The translations under genes were made by a program, and so were the position numbers. From IMG/VR virus record IMGVR_UViG_3300020442_002322, positions 1 to 64,000 of that record: a stretch of 64,000 nucleotides of DNA. The stretch is one strand, 5' to 3'. This DNA is from a virus. The notes below the pieces were generated by a model that did not search any database, had not been told where the DNA came from, and saw only the letters and a program-made list of their open reading frames with translations. The stretch's first letter is position 1; every line of letters starts with the position of its first letter. Positions 18,995 through 27,727 of the stretch are shown piece by piece.

Positions 18995-20062
18995 CTATTT
19001 AAATTGCTCCGTAAATGGATCCCATTCAACGCCACACTTTTGAGCGCAAACTTTTAATTTACCATCTGCACAACTAGACTTATTCCAGCTAGTTTCTATG
19101 CGGTTGAATATACCTGTTTCAAAAACTTTCCATAATCCATTGCGTGTATCTAAAGATTTTTTATCTCCAATAAAATCCCATATTTGTTCTTTTGTTGGAT
19201 CTTCTAACCACCATTTGTACATGCGTCCGGCAGTCCAACAGCAAGGCATAGCAAGCCCTTCTGCTGTAATATATAAACTATTATCTTTTTTAACTTTACA
19301 ATCGACAGGCACTGCATCATAATAGTTGTCCATACTACCATATTTCTCTAAGAGTTTTTCTTGCTTGGTAAGTGCTTTGTTTTGGTATTTTGCTTCTGGT
19401 TTTTTGAGCTCTGTTGTATCTTTGCCTTTGCGATTTTTGGCTTGATGAGTTTCTTTTTTATTGGTTTTAGCATCTACAAATCTTCCTGTTTTCTTTGCTA
19501 CAAATTTTTCAAAGCCCCATTCTTTTGACAGTGCTTCTGCTTCATCTACTTGATGTTGGTTATGTTCAAATATTAAAAAGTCCCATCTAGCTCTGCCGCC
19601 TGCTTTTGTAAAAGCTCGCATACTGCGTTCTACATTGTTCCAAACAACACCTTGCCTGTACAAATGATTAGTATCGCTAAGACCATCCACACTAAAAATA
19701 ACTGCACCCATTCTACCAAAGACTTGAGCTAATTCAGTCCACCACACTTCGTCTCTTGCTCCTGCATTTGTATTCATGCTTAGCCAAATGTTTGTATTAT
19801 GCTCTCTAAAATAACGGAAAATTTCTAGTGTATCACGTGCTACTATCGGGTCACCATGATTGCCGCACATATACATTGTTTTTAATTGAGAAATAAATTC
19901 AGGACTAAAAATTTTTTTACAATCTTCTAATGTAAGTTCATCTAAATTGAGGTGTGGATTTAATCCTTCTCCATTCATGTTGCGATCACACATAGGACAA
20001 GAGGCTTGACAATTTTGTGTTACCTCTAAGTGTATTGTTTTTATATCTTCGTATCTATACAT
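18995..20062 (-). CDS. Radical SAM protein with C-terminal SPASM/Twitch-like domain
   Basis: CQASCPMC, CGNHGDP, TNAG, FSVDG, C-terminal DC...PCCW...CAQKC. Confidence 0.88.
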   Translation of the reverse strand: MYRYEDIKTIHLEVTQNCQASCPMCDRNMNGEGLNPHLNLDELTLEDCKKIFSPEFISQLKTMYMCGNHGDPIVARDTLEIFRYFREHNTNIWLSMNTNAGARDEVWWTELAQVFGRMGAVIFSVDGLSDTNHLYRQGVVWNNVERSMRAFTKAGGRARWDFLIFEHNQHQVDEAEALSKEWGFEKFVAKKTGRFVDAKTNKKETHQAKNRKGKDTTELKKPEAKYQNKALTKQEKLLEKYGSMDNYYDAVPVDCKVKKDNSLYITAEGLAMPCCWTAGRMYKWWLEDPTKEQIWDFIGDKKSLDTRNGLWKVFETGIFNRIETSWNKSSCADGKLKVCAQKCGVEWDPFTEQFK

Positions 20063-20279
20063 CGTAAACTAATTTTATTTCTTTTCCTGGACCTACACGA
20101 CTTGGTAAATCTCCGTATTGTTCTACATACCATTTAATTACAGCCTTGTACCAGTTTTCACTATTGTGATGTGCTTGCTTGTTAAACTGGTATATGTTGT
20201 TATTTGTTGCTTGCATTGTGCTTAGTGCCCTAGCACTTTCTTTTTGCAGTTCACGTCTTGTTAAATTACTTATATCCAA
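20055..20279 (-). CDS. Small hypothetical protein (74 aa)
   Basis: Fills the gap between two genes with overlapping start/stop codons. GGAGG lies upstream of the ATG. Confidence 0.7.
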   Translation of the reverse strand: MDISNLTRRELQKESARALSTMQATNNNIYQFNKQAHHNSENWYKAVIKWYVEQYGDLPSRVGPGKEIKLVYDV

Positions 20280-23200
20280 TTTTCATAAACCTCCTGTACG
20301 TTACTAAATCTAACGTACCTTCAAATAGTGTTTGTGTCATCGGTGTTGATTTACTAAACATTTCAATATCTTTTGAACAGTTTACATGTTCTTCAACATC
20401 AATATAATCATTGCTTTGTAATATTACTAATTTACCTGCAGGTATTTTTCTATACCATTCGTCAAAGTTTACTATGTGTTCACAACTTGTGTTTACGATT
20501 GTATCTGGACTGTCACTTAAACTTGTTTCTACACCTTCGCTTTTTTGTACGGTATAATAATGTGTATTATAATCAATATCAAATATATCTTGCGTAGATG
20601 CTTTAAACTTCCAGCCGTCTAGTGCAAGATCACGATTAAACATTTCTGCAATATTAGCAACACCAGGATCAATATCAAAACTACGAATTTTGTTAAATTT
20701 AATATCTGCTTCTTGTATCATAGGAACAAGTGTAGCATACCAACCTGCACATAAAAATACAGTGCCTAAATCTACATCAAGACTTTTTAAATTATCTATA
20801 AGCCATTTTTTACTTTTAAGTTGTCCACGACTCAAACAGTCTAGATCAAATTCTATATTATTATTGACTAGATATTTCAAAGGTTTTACAAACTTACTTT
20901 GTGTATGTTTGTCAAGAACGCTCCACAACACATCTTTATTGTTTTCCATAGCAAGAATAATTTCATTTTTTACTTCAGGCTCAATTCTTTTCAATGCCCA
21001 GACATTTTTATCAAATGCAAGTTTTTTAAGATCTGTTGCTGTATCATGTTCTTCTAACAATCTAAACAGACTGTATGGATTTTCATCAACTAGTATTTTT
21101 CGTAAATCTTCGTTGCCTTGAATATATTTAAAAATACTAGTTGGGTTTTTTGTAAGAACTGCTTTTCGTAGTTCGTCATAGTCTTCGCCTAACACTCTAA
21201 ACAAACTATACAAATTTTTATCAAAAATTGCTTTGCGAAGTTCTTCTTGCTCAGGAATAAGATTAAAAACTTCTGCCATGTTTTCTTGTATTACTGCTTG
21301 ACGTAGTGTTTCATGTTCTTCACCTAACAGTCTAAACAAACTATGTATATTCTTTTCGAGAAAAACTTTACGTTCATCTTCTAGTTCTATACCTTTATCT
21401 TCTAGATATCTAAACAAACTATGATAGTTTTTTTCTTCTACAAACTTACGTAGATCTTCGTTACCTAATATACGTAACACATCAAGTAAATGACCATCAT
21501 TGTAAAATCTTCTTAAGTTAGTTACTTTGTCACCGTATAATATTTCAAATCTATCAAGTAAATCTACTATAAAACTATCACGTGGTGCAAGTTGTAGTGT
21601 GTTTTGTTTAGACTGTACCTTAATCGGTACACTTTCTTGCGGTACATTTTCCGCTTTTGGAGCACTTTCTTGCACATCAATATCTGGATAGTCCTCATGG
21701 AAACGTTTTCTTAACCATGCAAAGTCATTTATTAGCCCCAGATTGTCCCTGCTAGAAAGGCCAAACTCCATACCAGCGGTAGCACCTGCCACAGCGTATT
21801 CCCCAAAAGGTCTATCGTGTCCCACGGTTGTCCAAGTTTTGAGTCTTTCATTAGTTTCGTCCTCCTTTTGTCTATCAATTACTTTACTGCTTAATTTTGC
21901 ACATTCTCTAAATCCACTTTTCCAAGTTTCAAAAGGCCCTGTGTTGAATCTTGTTACTACACTTATCTGATCCATTTTCTTAAATTTAGTGCTAAGGCTA
22001 GTTGTCATATCCTTTGTTGTGGTGTCCATGTCTCTTGCCATTTGTGTAGGAAATAATTTAATACCACCATAACCGTAAACAAGATCATTTACAGGATTTT
22101 CACTGCGCCATACATGCACTGTATCTGTTTGTGTAGTTACATAATCAAAATTAAAGTCGTCTTTTAGTTCTGCATCGCCATCTATAATCCAAAACATTTC
22201 TGTTTCACAAATGTTTGCCGCGGCAACGTGTGCATTGTGTATACCTTTTACTCCGTGTATACGTTTTGCACGAGGATAGCGTTTTAACAAACGTTGATAG
22301 TTTTCATCTGCGTTTGGTTCCGCATAACTGATCATGACTATATCATATTCATTAGATTTGTTTTCAGGTTCTGGAACGTATTCTGCTGTAACATATGGAT
22401 GCTCTGGACGTGGCGGGTTTCTATATGTTAGTTTATAGAATTTGCTTTGTTCACTTGTAAAAGGATGTGCAGGAATATCTACATCTAATTCGTAGCGTAG
22501 TTTTTCTCCTTGTGCAATTATTTCGTATGGTAGTTGTGCGTCAGGAACTTTGCTATACGTGTCTTTCCACAAACTATTTAGGTACTCAAAGTCACGTACA
22601 TTTACATAGTTCCAATCTGTACACATTGTTTTGTACAAACCTTCTCTAGCACCAAAAATTGCCCACTTGCCGTTTTCTACATCTGTGCCTACTGTACACC
22701 AAACATATAAACGTTCTAAATTTTTAGCATGTACACTTCTCACATCTTGTGGTTTGATACCTTCTATCAAGGACATCTTTACGCCTTCTCTAAATCCTGC
22801 TCGCCATGCTTGTTGTGGTGTAGCATTGTTATGTACTGTACTCATTAGACTATTGATTTGTATGTACTCAAGGTCCCAACAAAAGTCAATACCAGCCGCA
22901 ATATTATCAGGATCAGCATTTTCATGTGTTTTCATACGTAGAACTGTTTCTCTATCCCAGCATTTGATACCGCCATTGCCATAACGTAGCCCGTTGATGA
23001 TATTATCAGCTGTCCAACTGATTACATGTCTGGACAAATCTACGCCTGGTTTAAAATTAACTGCTTGATTAAGAAATTGTTCATCAATTTGATTATCACC
23101 GTCAATTGTTATAAATCTTTTTGTGTCAGATATCTCTGCACAAGCCTTGTGTGCGGCATCTGATCCTTCTACACCATGTATGCGTTTTGCCCAAGGCACT

Positions 23201-23292
23201 TTTGTAAGAAGATTAGCATAATTTTCTTCCGCATTAGGTTCATCATATGAAAGATAGATTATATCGTAGTCAATAACTTTAAACTGTGCCAT
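20266..23292 (-). CDS. Multidomain protein: two tandem GT-A-like domains + helical repeats + C-terminal class I SAM methyltransferase-like domain
   Basis: Duplicated domain (DIIYLSYDEPNAEENY..AKRIHGV..AH.AC...IDGD..NGLRYGNGGIK / DIVMISYAEPNADENY..AKRIHGV..AH.AA...IDGD..NDLVYGYGGIK). C-terminal LCAGWY, SFDID, INTSCEH. Confidence 0.65.
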   Translation of the reverse strand: MAQFKVIDYDIIYLSYDEPNAEENYANLLTKVPWAKRIHGVEGSDAAHKACAEISDTKRFITIDGDNQIDEQFLNQAVNFKPGVDLSRHVISWTADNIINGLRYGNGGIKCWDRETVLRMKTHENADPDNIAAGIDFCWDLEYIQINSLMSTVHNNATPQQAWRAGFREGVKMSLIEGIKPQDVRSVHAKNLERLYVWCTVGTDVENGKWAIFGAREGLYKTMCTDWNYVNVRDFEYLNSLWKDTYSKVPDAQLPYEIIAQGEKLRYELDVDIPAHPFTSEQSKFYKLTYRNPPRPEHPYVTAEYVPEPENKSNEYDIVMISYAEPNADENYQRLLKRYPRAKRIHGVKGIHNAHVAAANICETEMFWIIDGDAELKDDFNFDYVTTQTDTVHVWRSENPVNDLVYGYGGIKLFPTQMARDMDTTTKDMTTSLSTKFKKMDQISVVTRFNTGPFETWKSGFRECAKLSSKVIDRQKEDETNERLKTWTTVGHDRPFGEYAVAGATAGMEFGLSSRDNLGLINDFAWLRKRFHEDYPDIDVQESAPKAENVPQESVPIKVQSKQNTLQLAPRDSFIVDLLDRFEILYGDKVTNLRRFYNDGHLLDVLRILGNEDLRKFVEEKNYHSLFRYLEDKGIELEDERKVFLEKNIHSLFRLLGEEHETLRQAVIQENMAEVFNLIPEQEELRKAIFDKNLYSLFRVLGEDYDELRKAVLTKNPTSIFKYIQGNEDLRKILVDENPYSLFRLLEEHDTATDLKKLAFDKNVWALKRIEPEVKNEIILAMENNKDVLWSVLDKHTQSKFVKPLKYLVNNNIEFDLDCLSRGQLKSKKWLIDNLKSLDVDLGTVFLCAGWYATLVPMIQEADIKFNKIRSFDIDPGVANIAEMFNRDLALDGWKFKASTQDIFDIDYNTHYYTVQKSEGVETSLSDSPDTIVNTSCEHIVNFDEWYRKIPAGKLVILQSNDYIDVEEHVNCSKDIEMFSKSTPMTQTLFEGTLDLVTYRRFMKIGYK
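20950..21530 (-). repeat. About 8-9 degenerate 22-26-aa helical protein repeats (consensus approximately EDLRKAVxEKNxxSLFRxL)
   Basis: NEDLRKFVEEKNYHSLFRYL / EDERKVFLEKNIHSLFRLL / ETLRQAVIQENMAEVFNLI / EELRKAIFDKNLYSLFRVL / DELRKAVLTKNPTSIFKYI / EDLRKILVDENPYSLFRLL / TDLKKLAFDKNVWALKRI. Boundaries approximate. Confidence 0.85.
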
Positions 23293-23797
23293 GTACTAGT
23301 CCGTAAGAATCAAACACCATAGGTGTGTATATACTTACATCTCCCTTTTCTTCTTCGTCAATGAACTGAACTGTATGTCCATTTGTAATTTGTTCTACTG
23401 TTGCTTCAAATGTTCTAATCAACATATGTAAATCTCTTTTGTGTGTTACACTGAACCTACAAAGCCTATTAGGCTCCAGCAAAATATCTGTATTTCCCAT
23501 TGTAACTTGCCAACTGCTGTTGTTTTTAGTAATCAAACAGTCTGCACTATCTATTGTAGGTACATGATGTATGATATCCTTGATATCATACGACACTTTA
23601 GGTTGCACATATGGTAATAATTTGTATTTCTTTTGTGCTACACTGTATTTTACAACATGTCTGTCTCTTAATGACTTATCTTCTGCAAACTTTACGTATA
23701 GGTCTTCATCAACCTCACAAAAATTGTCATCCTTGGGCGGCATATTTGTAAGTCCATTGATACGCCCAGTGTCTTTGTCAAATTTTACGTAATACAT
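23279..23797 (-). CDS. Hypothetical protein
   Basis: 172-aa ORF overlapping both neighbours in the operon. Confidence 0.7.
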   Translation of the reverse strand: MYYVKFDKDTGRINGLTNMPPKDDNFCEVDEDLYVKFAEDKSLRDRHVVKYSVAQKKYKLLPYVQPKVSYDIKDIIHHVPTIDSADCLITKNNSSWQVTMGNTDILLEPNRLCRFSVTHKRDLHMLIRTFEATVEQITNGHTVQFIDEEEKGDVSIYTPMVFDSYGLVHGTV

Positions 23798-24591
23798 TCT
23801 TTGTACCTTTTCAACATTACATCACAAAAGTCTTTTTCTGTATAATGGAATACACCTTCTTGCTTGTAGTTGCCTATTTTCAAATCATTGTTCATATACC
23901 AATCAACTTTGTGTTGCCAACTTTCACCTACAGTATCCCAATTTTGTGCATGTAACTTCATATGTACAAAATTTACAAGATCTTTTGCTCTATCTTCATG
24001 TAATTGTAGCATGTCACACACAATAGCCGCACATACATCGATACTTACATGTTGCGGTTTGTGGTCTTTACAGTAAATGCTGTAAAATTCTTGCCACTCT
24101 TCTATAACAACTTCAAGTATAGCAAAAAATTGTTGTGCAGTTCTACATTTTTTGAAGTAATACATACCTACATACACATCTGGTAATAAATTCATTTCAA
24201 ATGTCTTTCTATAATATCCACTTGACACTGGTTCACCTCTGTATGTTACAGGATTTTGTGTAAAGTAGATATCATAATCTGCAAAAAGATACCAATCTAT
24301 TTTGTCTAACACTAATACGTCACTGTCTAGTACAATAGTTTCGTCATAAGGCGACAGTTCAAATGCTTTATATCTATTTTCAATTTTCCAATCACTGTCT
24401 TTTGCCTTGTCATCTGCCATTACAATTACCCTATCAAACACAAGATAGTATTCTTGTGGTACAGGATTATCAGTTACTAGTGTAAAATTTTTATTTCCAC
24501 TGTATGTTCCACTTAATGCACACAAATATGCCTGTTTGACATAATCATCTTTTTCATTGTTTTGTGCAAAAATTAAAAAACCTTTACTCAT
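23785..24591 (-). CDS. Glycosyltransferase (GT-A fold, GT8-like)
   Basis: KGFLIFAQN..DYVKQA, ENRYKAFELSPYDETIVLDSD (DxD), FVHMK. Confidence 0.72.
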   Translation of the reverse strand: MSKGFLIFAQNNEKDDYVKQAYLCALSGTYSGNKNFTLVTDNPVPQEYYLVFDRVIVMADDKAKDSDWKIENRYKAFELSPYDETIVLDSDVLVLDKIDWYLFADYDIYFTQNPVTYRGEPVSSGYYRKTFEMNLLPDVYVGMYYFKKCRTAQQFFAILEVVIEEWQEFYSIYCKDHKPQHVSIDVCAAIVCDMLQLHEDRAKDLVNFVHMKLHAQNWDTVGESWQHKVDWYMNNDLKIGNYKQEGVFHYTEKDFCDVMLKRYKECIT

Positions 24592-25388
24592 AATAACTCC
24601 TCCAATGAAAATTTGTTCATAGCATGTATTGTCATGTCTTTTGTTTTTATAGGTGTAAATTTATTATTGCCATCATCTACCAAGAATGTTAATCTTCTGT
24701 TTGTCATTTTAAGTAAAATGTCTTTGTCTAGTGTGTAAAACAATTTGCCTGGCATAGGATGTACAAAGTCTCCTTTTGTATGTCCATTCATAATATGTGC
24801 CGCAATACTAAACGCAAAATCATTCCTAAATGTAGACTGTGTAATTTGATAGGTCATGCGATAGTGTTTCCAGTTTTCAGCAATATGTTTTACTAGATCA
24901 AAAAATATTTTGTTGACTACTGTTTTTCTAAAAAATACACAAGTAGCCCAATAAAAGTCTACTCCTGTTTCACTAATCTTATCAAACTCTTTGTAGTTTC
25001 TTGTTTGTGCAAGATCATAAGCATCTCTATACATACACAAATCATTAGGCTGGTCAAAGCAGTTGTGCAGTTGGCTATCGCAAACAATTACATCACTGTC
25101 AACTACTAATGTTTCATCATACGGTGAAAGATCAAAACTTTCAGCTCTTGCTGTATTTTTAAAACTTAGAGATTCAGAACCATGTCCGTTGTTATAAATT
25201 TTTGCTGTGTAGTCTTTTACATCTACTTTTATTACTCTGTCAAATAACGTGGTTCTGACATCTATATCTGTAACTATACTTGTAGGAAGATTACAAAATC
25301 TTTCCATACGCATTGCAAGATTTTTTGCCTGTTTTACATAGTCTATAGATTCGTTATTAAAAGCAAAGACTAATACGCCTTTAGTCAT
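24588..25388 (-). CDS. Glycosyltransferase (GT-A fold), paralog of 23785-24591
   Basis: KGVLVFAFN..DYVKQA, FDLSPYDETLVVDSD (DxD), FRNDFAFSIA, HAMNK. Confidence 0.72.
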   Translation of the reverse strand: MTKGVLVFAFNNESIDYVKQAKNLAMRMERFCNLPTSIVTDIDVRTTLFDRVIKVDVKDYTAKIYNNGHGSESLSFKNTARAESFDLSPYDETLVVDSDVIVCDSQLHNCFDQPNDLCMYRDAYDLAQTRNYKEFDKISETGVDFYWATCVFFRKTVVNKIFFDLVKHIAENWKHYRMTYQITQSTFRNDFAFSIAAHIMNGHTKGDFVHPMPGKLFYTLDKDILLKMTNRRLTFLVDDGNNKFTPIKTKDMTIHAMNKFSLEELL

Positions 25389-25719
25389 TAAGCAACCCTT
25401 CTACACTTCTTTTGCTTTTTAACATTTTTCCATATTCTATGCCATATGATGTTGTTGCTCTTTTGTGTGTATTTTTAAGTTGTGTGTAGAAGTCTAACAC
25501 TTCATCAATATACAAAGGAACTCCGTTAGCATCAACAATCCAATAAGGCTCTCCTTGGTTGAGTGCGAAAGTTATAAGTTCTAATGTTGTTTTGAAAGCA
25601 TGACCTTTGTAGTAAAGCATAAGGTCTTTTTCGTACTTTTGTTCTAAAATACGTTTCTTGTTTTTGAATGCTTTTACGTAATCAGCATACTCAAGTGCTT
25701 TAGATAATCGTTTGTCCAT
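25381..25719 (-). CDS. Hypothetical protein (112 aa)
   Basis: GGAG SD. First gene behind the sigma70-type promoter at 25741-25769. Confidence 0.7.
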   Translation of the reverse strand: MDKRLSKALEYADYVKAFKNKKRILEQKYEKDLMLYYKGHAFKTTLELITFALNQGEPYWIVDANGVPLYIDEVLDFYTQLKNTHKRATTSYGIEYGKMLKSKRSVEGLLND

Positions 25720-25740
25720 TTAGAGCTCCATTTGTATGCT

Positions 25741-25769
25741 AGTTTAGCATATCACGCCCTATTTGTCAA
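25741..25769 (-). promoter_or_regulatory. Sigma70-type promoter TTGACA-N17-TAAACT with an overlapping inverted repeat
   Basis: Minus strand: TTGACA aatagggcgtgatatgc TAAACT. TATGCTA-gtt-TAGCATA (25735-25751) covers the -10 box. Confidence 0.6.
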
Positions 25770-25772
25770 CTA

Positions 25773-26714
25773 TTAACTGCCCGAAAAGTTTGATTGTCTT
25801 GTAATTGTTGGTGCCGCTACAGATACATATGACCCACTTGCTGTAACATATCCTGCATGATGGGTTAAATTTCCTTGCACATATTCATCAATTGGTACAG
25901 TGCCTTTAGCAGAACTTGTACTACCTGTATCAGCTTCGTCCATTAGGATGCGGAATTCAATAACCGAGTCGCTAATATTTTTTCCTCTAATATAATAGTT
26001 GTTATCTGCATAAACACCACTTCCTGATTTACGGTATAGTTGTTGTTCGCTGTTTGTTAACTGATAGTTACCAATTGCACTGCCGGTACCACTATTGTCA
26101 CTGCTTGTGTAGTTGTGGCCAAAACTTACTGTACCAGAATTACTAAGCATTGTTGCCCAGTCGTTTGTTTTTGCAACATTTCCACCTGATGCTGTGCTTA
26201 CTAGATTTACTTTGAAAGTTATGCGTCCGCCTGCATTAAAAAAATAACGTCTTGCATTTGCACTAGTAAATGTTGCTCTGTAATATCCATTTAAACTTGC
26301 ACGCCATTGAGAACCGAATGTAAGATTTGCTACTTCATCATCTGTTGTACTTTGTGTAGCATGAAGTCTAAATCTGTTAGGATCTGTTGAAATACTTGTT
26401 GTAAAAGCCTCATAATCTGCATAACCTTTTAGAATGTCACTAGGTTCATTATCATCATCTGCAATTAAATCTTCAACTGCTAGTGTAGCAATTGATGCTC
26501 CAGGGCCTAAATTTACTTGGTGTCTATAGATCCTATCTAAATCCGTAAACAAGTTATTCATATCACTTGCTGTAACAATTTTTTCTACAGGGACTTGATT
26601 GCTTGCTGTACTTCCACCGTATCCGAAGTTTCCAGAACCAACACCTAATACATCTTCGACAGTATTTTGTATGTTGTTGTATCTTACTGCTGTGATAATA
26701 TCACCAACTGCCAT
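25773..26714 (-). CDS. Putative virion structural protein (tail-fibre associated), paralog of 26798-27709
   Basis: MAVGDIITAVRYN..VLGVGSG..GYG; FTSANARRYFFNAGG; DW..L.NSGTVSF; IGNY.LT; Gly/Ser/Thr-rich. Confidence 0.6.
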   Translation of the reverse strand: MAVGDIITAVRYNNIQNTVEDVLGVGSGNFGYGGSTASNQVPVEKIVTASDMNNLFTDLDRIYRHQVNLGPGASIATLAVEDLIADDDNEPSDILKGYADYEAFTTSISTDPNRFRLHATQSTTDDEVANLTFGSQWRASLNGYYRATFTSANARRYFFNAGGRITFKVNLVSTASGGNVAKTNDWATMLSNSGTVSFGHNYTSSDNSGTGSAIGNYQLTNSEQQLYRKSGSGVYADNNYYIRGKNISDSVIEFRILMDEADTGSTSSAKGTVPIDEYVQGNLTHHAGYVTASGSYVSVAAPTITRQSNFSGS

Positions 26715-26740
26715 TCATTCTCTCCACGTACATTTTATAT

Positions 26741-26769
26741 ACTATAGCAAATTTGTTTTACAAAGTCAA
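26741..26769 (-). promoter_or_regulatory. Sigma70-type promoter TTGACT-N17-TATAGT, preceded by late motif ATAAGTA (26777-26783)
   Basis: Minus strand: TTGACT ttgtaaaacaaatttgc TATAGT, then GGAGAG SD. Confidence 0.6.
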
Positions 26770-26797
26770 CCATTAATACTTATTTAAATAAAACAAA

Positions 26798-27709
26798 TTA
26801 CGCTAGAGAATTGACAACTGCAAAAGCAGGCGCCTCTACATCAACATGAATGCCGCTGGCTCTGACATAGCCCATTTTAGCTTCAAGCAACCCTTGAATA
26901 GGTTCATCAATCTTGTAACCGCCTGGATTATGGTCGAAATATTCAATTTGTATTTGGATAGTCTTTGAATCAATTTCTTTTGCTCTGATGTAATAGTTGT
27001 TATTGCCATAAACACCAGTAGCTGATTTTCTAAAAATTTCTTGATAACTTGTTGTAAGATCATAATTACCAATACTCTGAACTACTCCTGTTCCGGAGGT
27101 AGTTGTTTCATTATAATTAAAACTAACTGTACCTGAATTACTTAATATATTTTGCCAATCTTGACTCTTTGCAACACTGTCACCACTTGTTGGTGGATTA
27201 GACAAAGAACTTACAACTGTTAAACTGCCTCCGCTGTTAAAAAAATGTCTACGATGATCAGCATCAGTAAAAGTAATTTTAAATTCTGTATCAATTGGTG
27301 CTGTCCATTGATTGCGTCTTTGATCTACTTTAGCATCAACGTCTGTACTACTTTGTGTCGATGCTAATAAAAATCTTTGACCAACTGTTTCTATAGTACT
27401 AATAATAGTTTCATAATCTGCAAAACCTTTTGTGACGTCACCGTCACTGTCAGCATCTCCTATAGTATCACCTACTGATATCTGGCTGATACTATTTGGA
27501 ATGCCACCTGTTTGATGCACTCTAATTTTTTTTATATCTTCGAATAGATTGTTTATATCTTGTGCTGTTACTCTATTAGAACTGTTGACAATAGAACTTG
27601 ATACTGTTTGACCGTAGCCTTCGTCACCGCTTCCTGTGCCTAATACAGCTTGTACTCTACTTTGAGCATTGTTATACCGCGCCGCGGTAATTAAATCTCC
27701 TGATGCCAT
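26798..27709 (-). CDS. Putative virion structural protein, paralog of 25773-26714
   Basis: MASGDLITAARYN..VLGTGSG..GYG; FTDADHRRHFFNSGG; DW..LSNSGTVSF; IGNYDLT. Confidence 0.6.
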   Translation of the reverse strand: MASGDLITAARYNNAQSRVQAVLGTGSGDEGYGQTVSSSIVNSSNRVTAQDINNLFEDIKKIRVHQTGGIPNSISQISVGDTIGDADSDGDVTKGFADYETIISTIETVGQRFLLASTQSSTDVDAKVDQRRNQWTAPIDTEFKITFTDADHRRHFFNSGGSLTVVSSLSNPPTSGDSVAKSQDWQNILSNSGTVSFNYNETTTSGTGVVQSIGNYDLTTSYQEIFRKSATGVYGNNNYYIRAKEIDSKTIQIQIEYFDHNPGGYKIDEPIQGLLEAKMGYVRASGIHVDVEAPAFAVVNSLA

Positions 27710-27727
27710 TTGCCTTCCTCTTCACAG

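Noticed and set aside
20950-21530. Periodic DNA similarity (e.g. recurring tctaaacaaact) as a possible CRISPR-like array
   Set aside because: The repeats are degenerate, in frame and explained by protein-level helical repeats.
25741-26769. Two sigma70-like promoters exactly 1000 bp apart
   Set aside because: Spacer sequences differ and the distance simply reflects the intervening gene length, so it is treated as coincidence.
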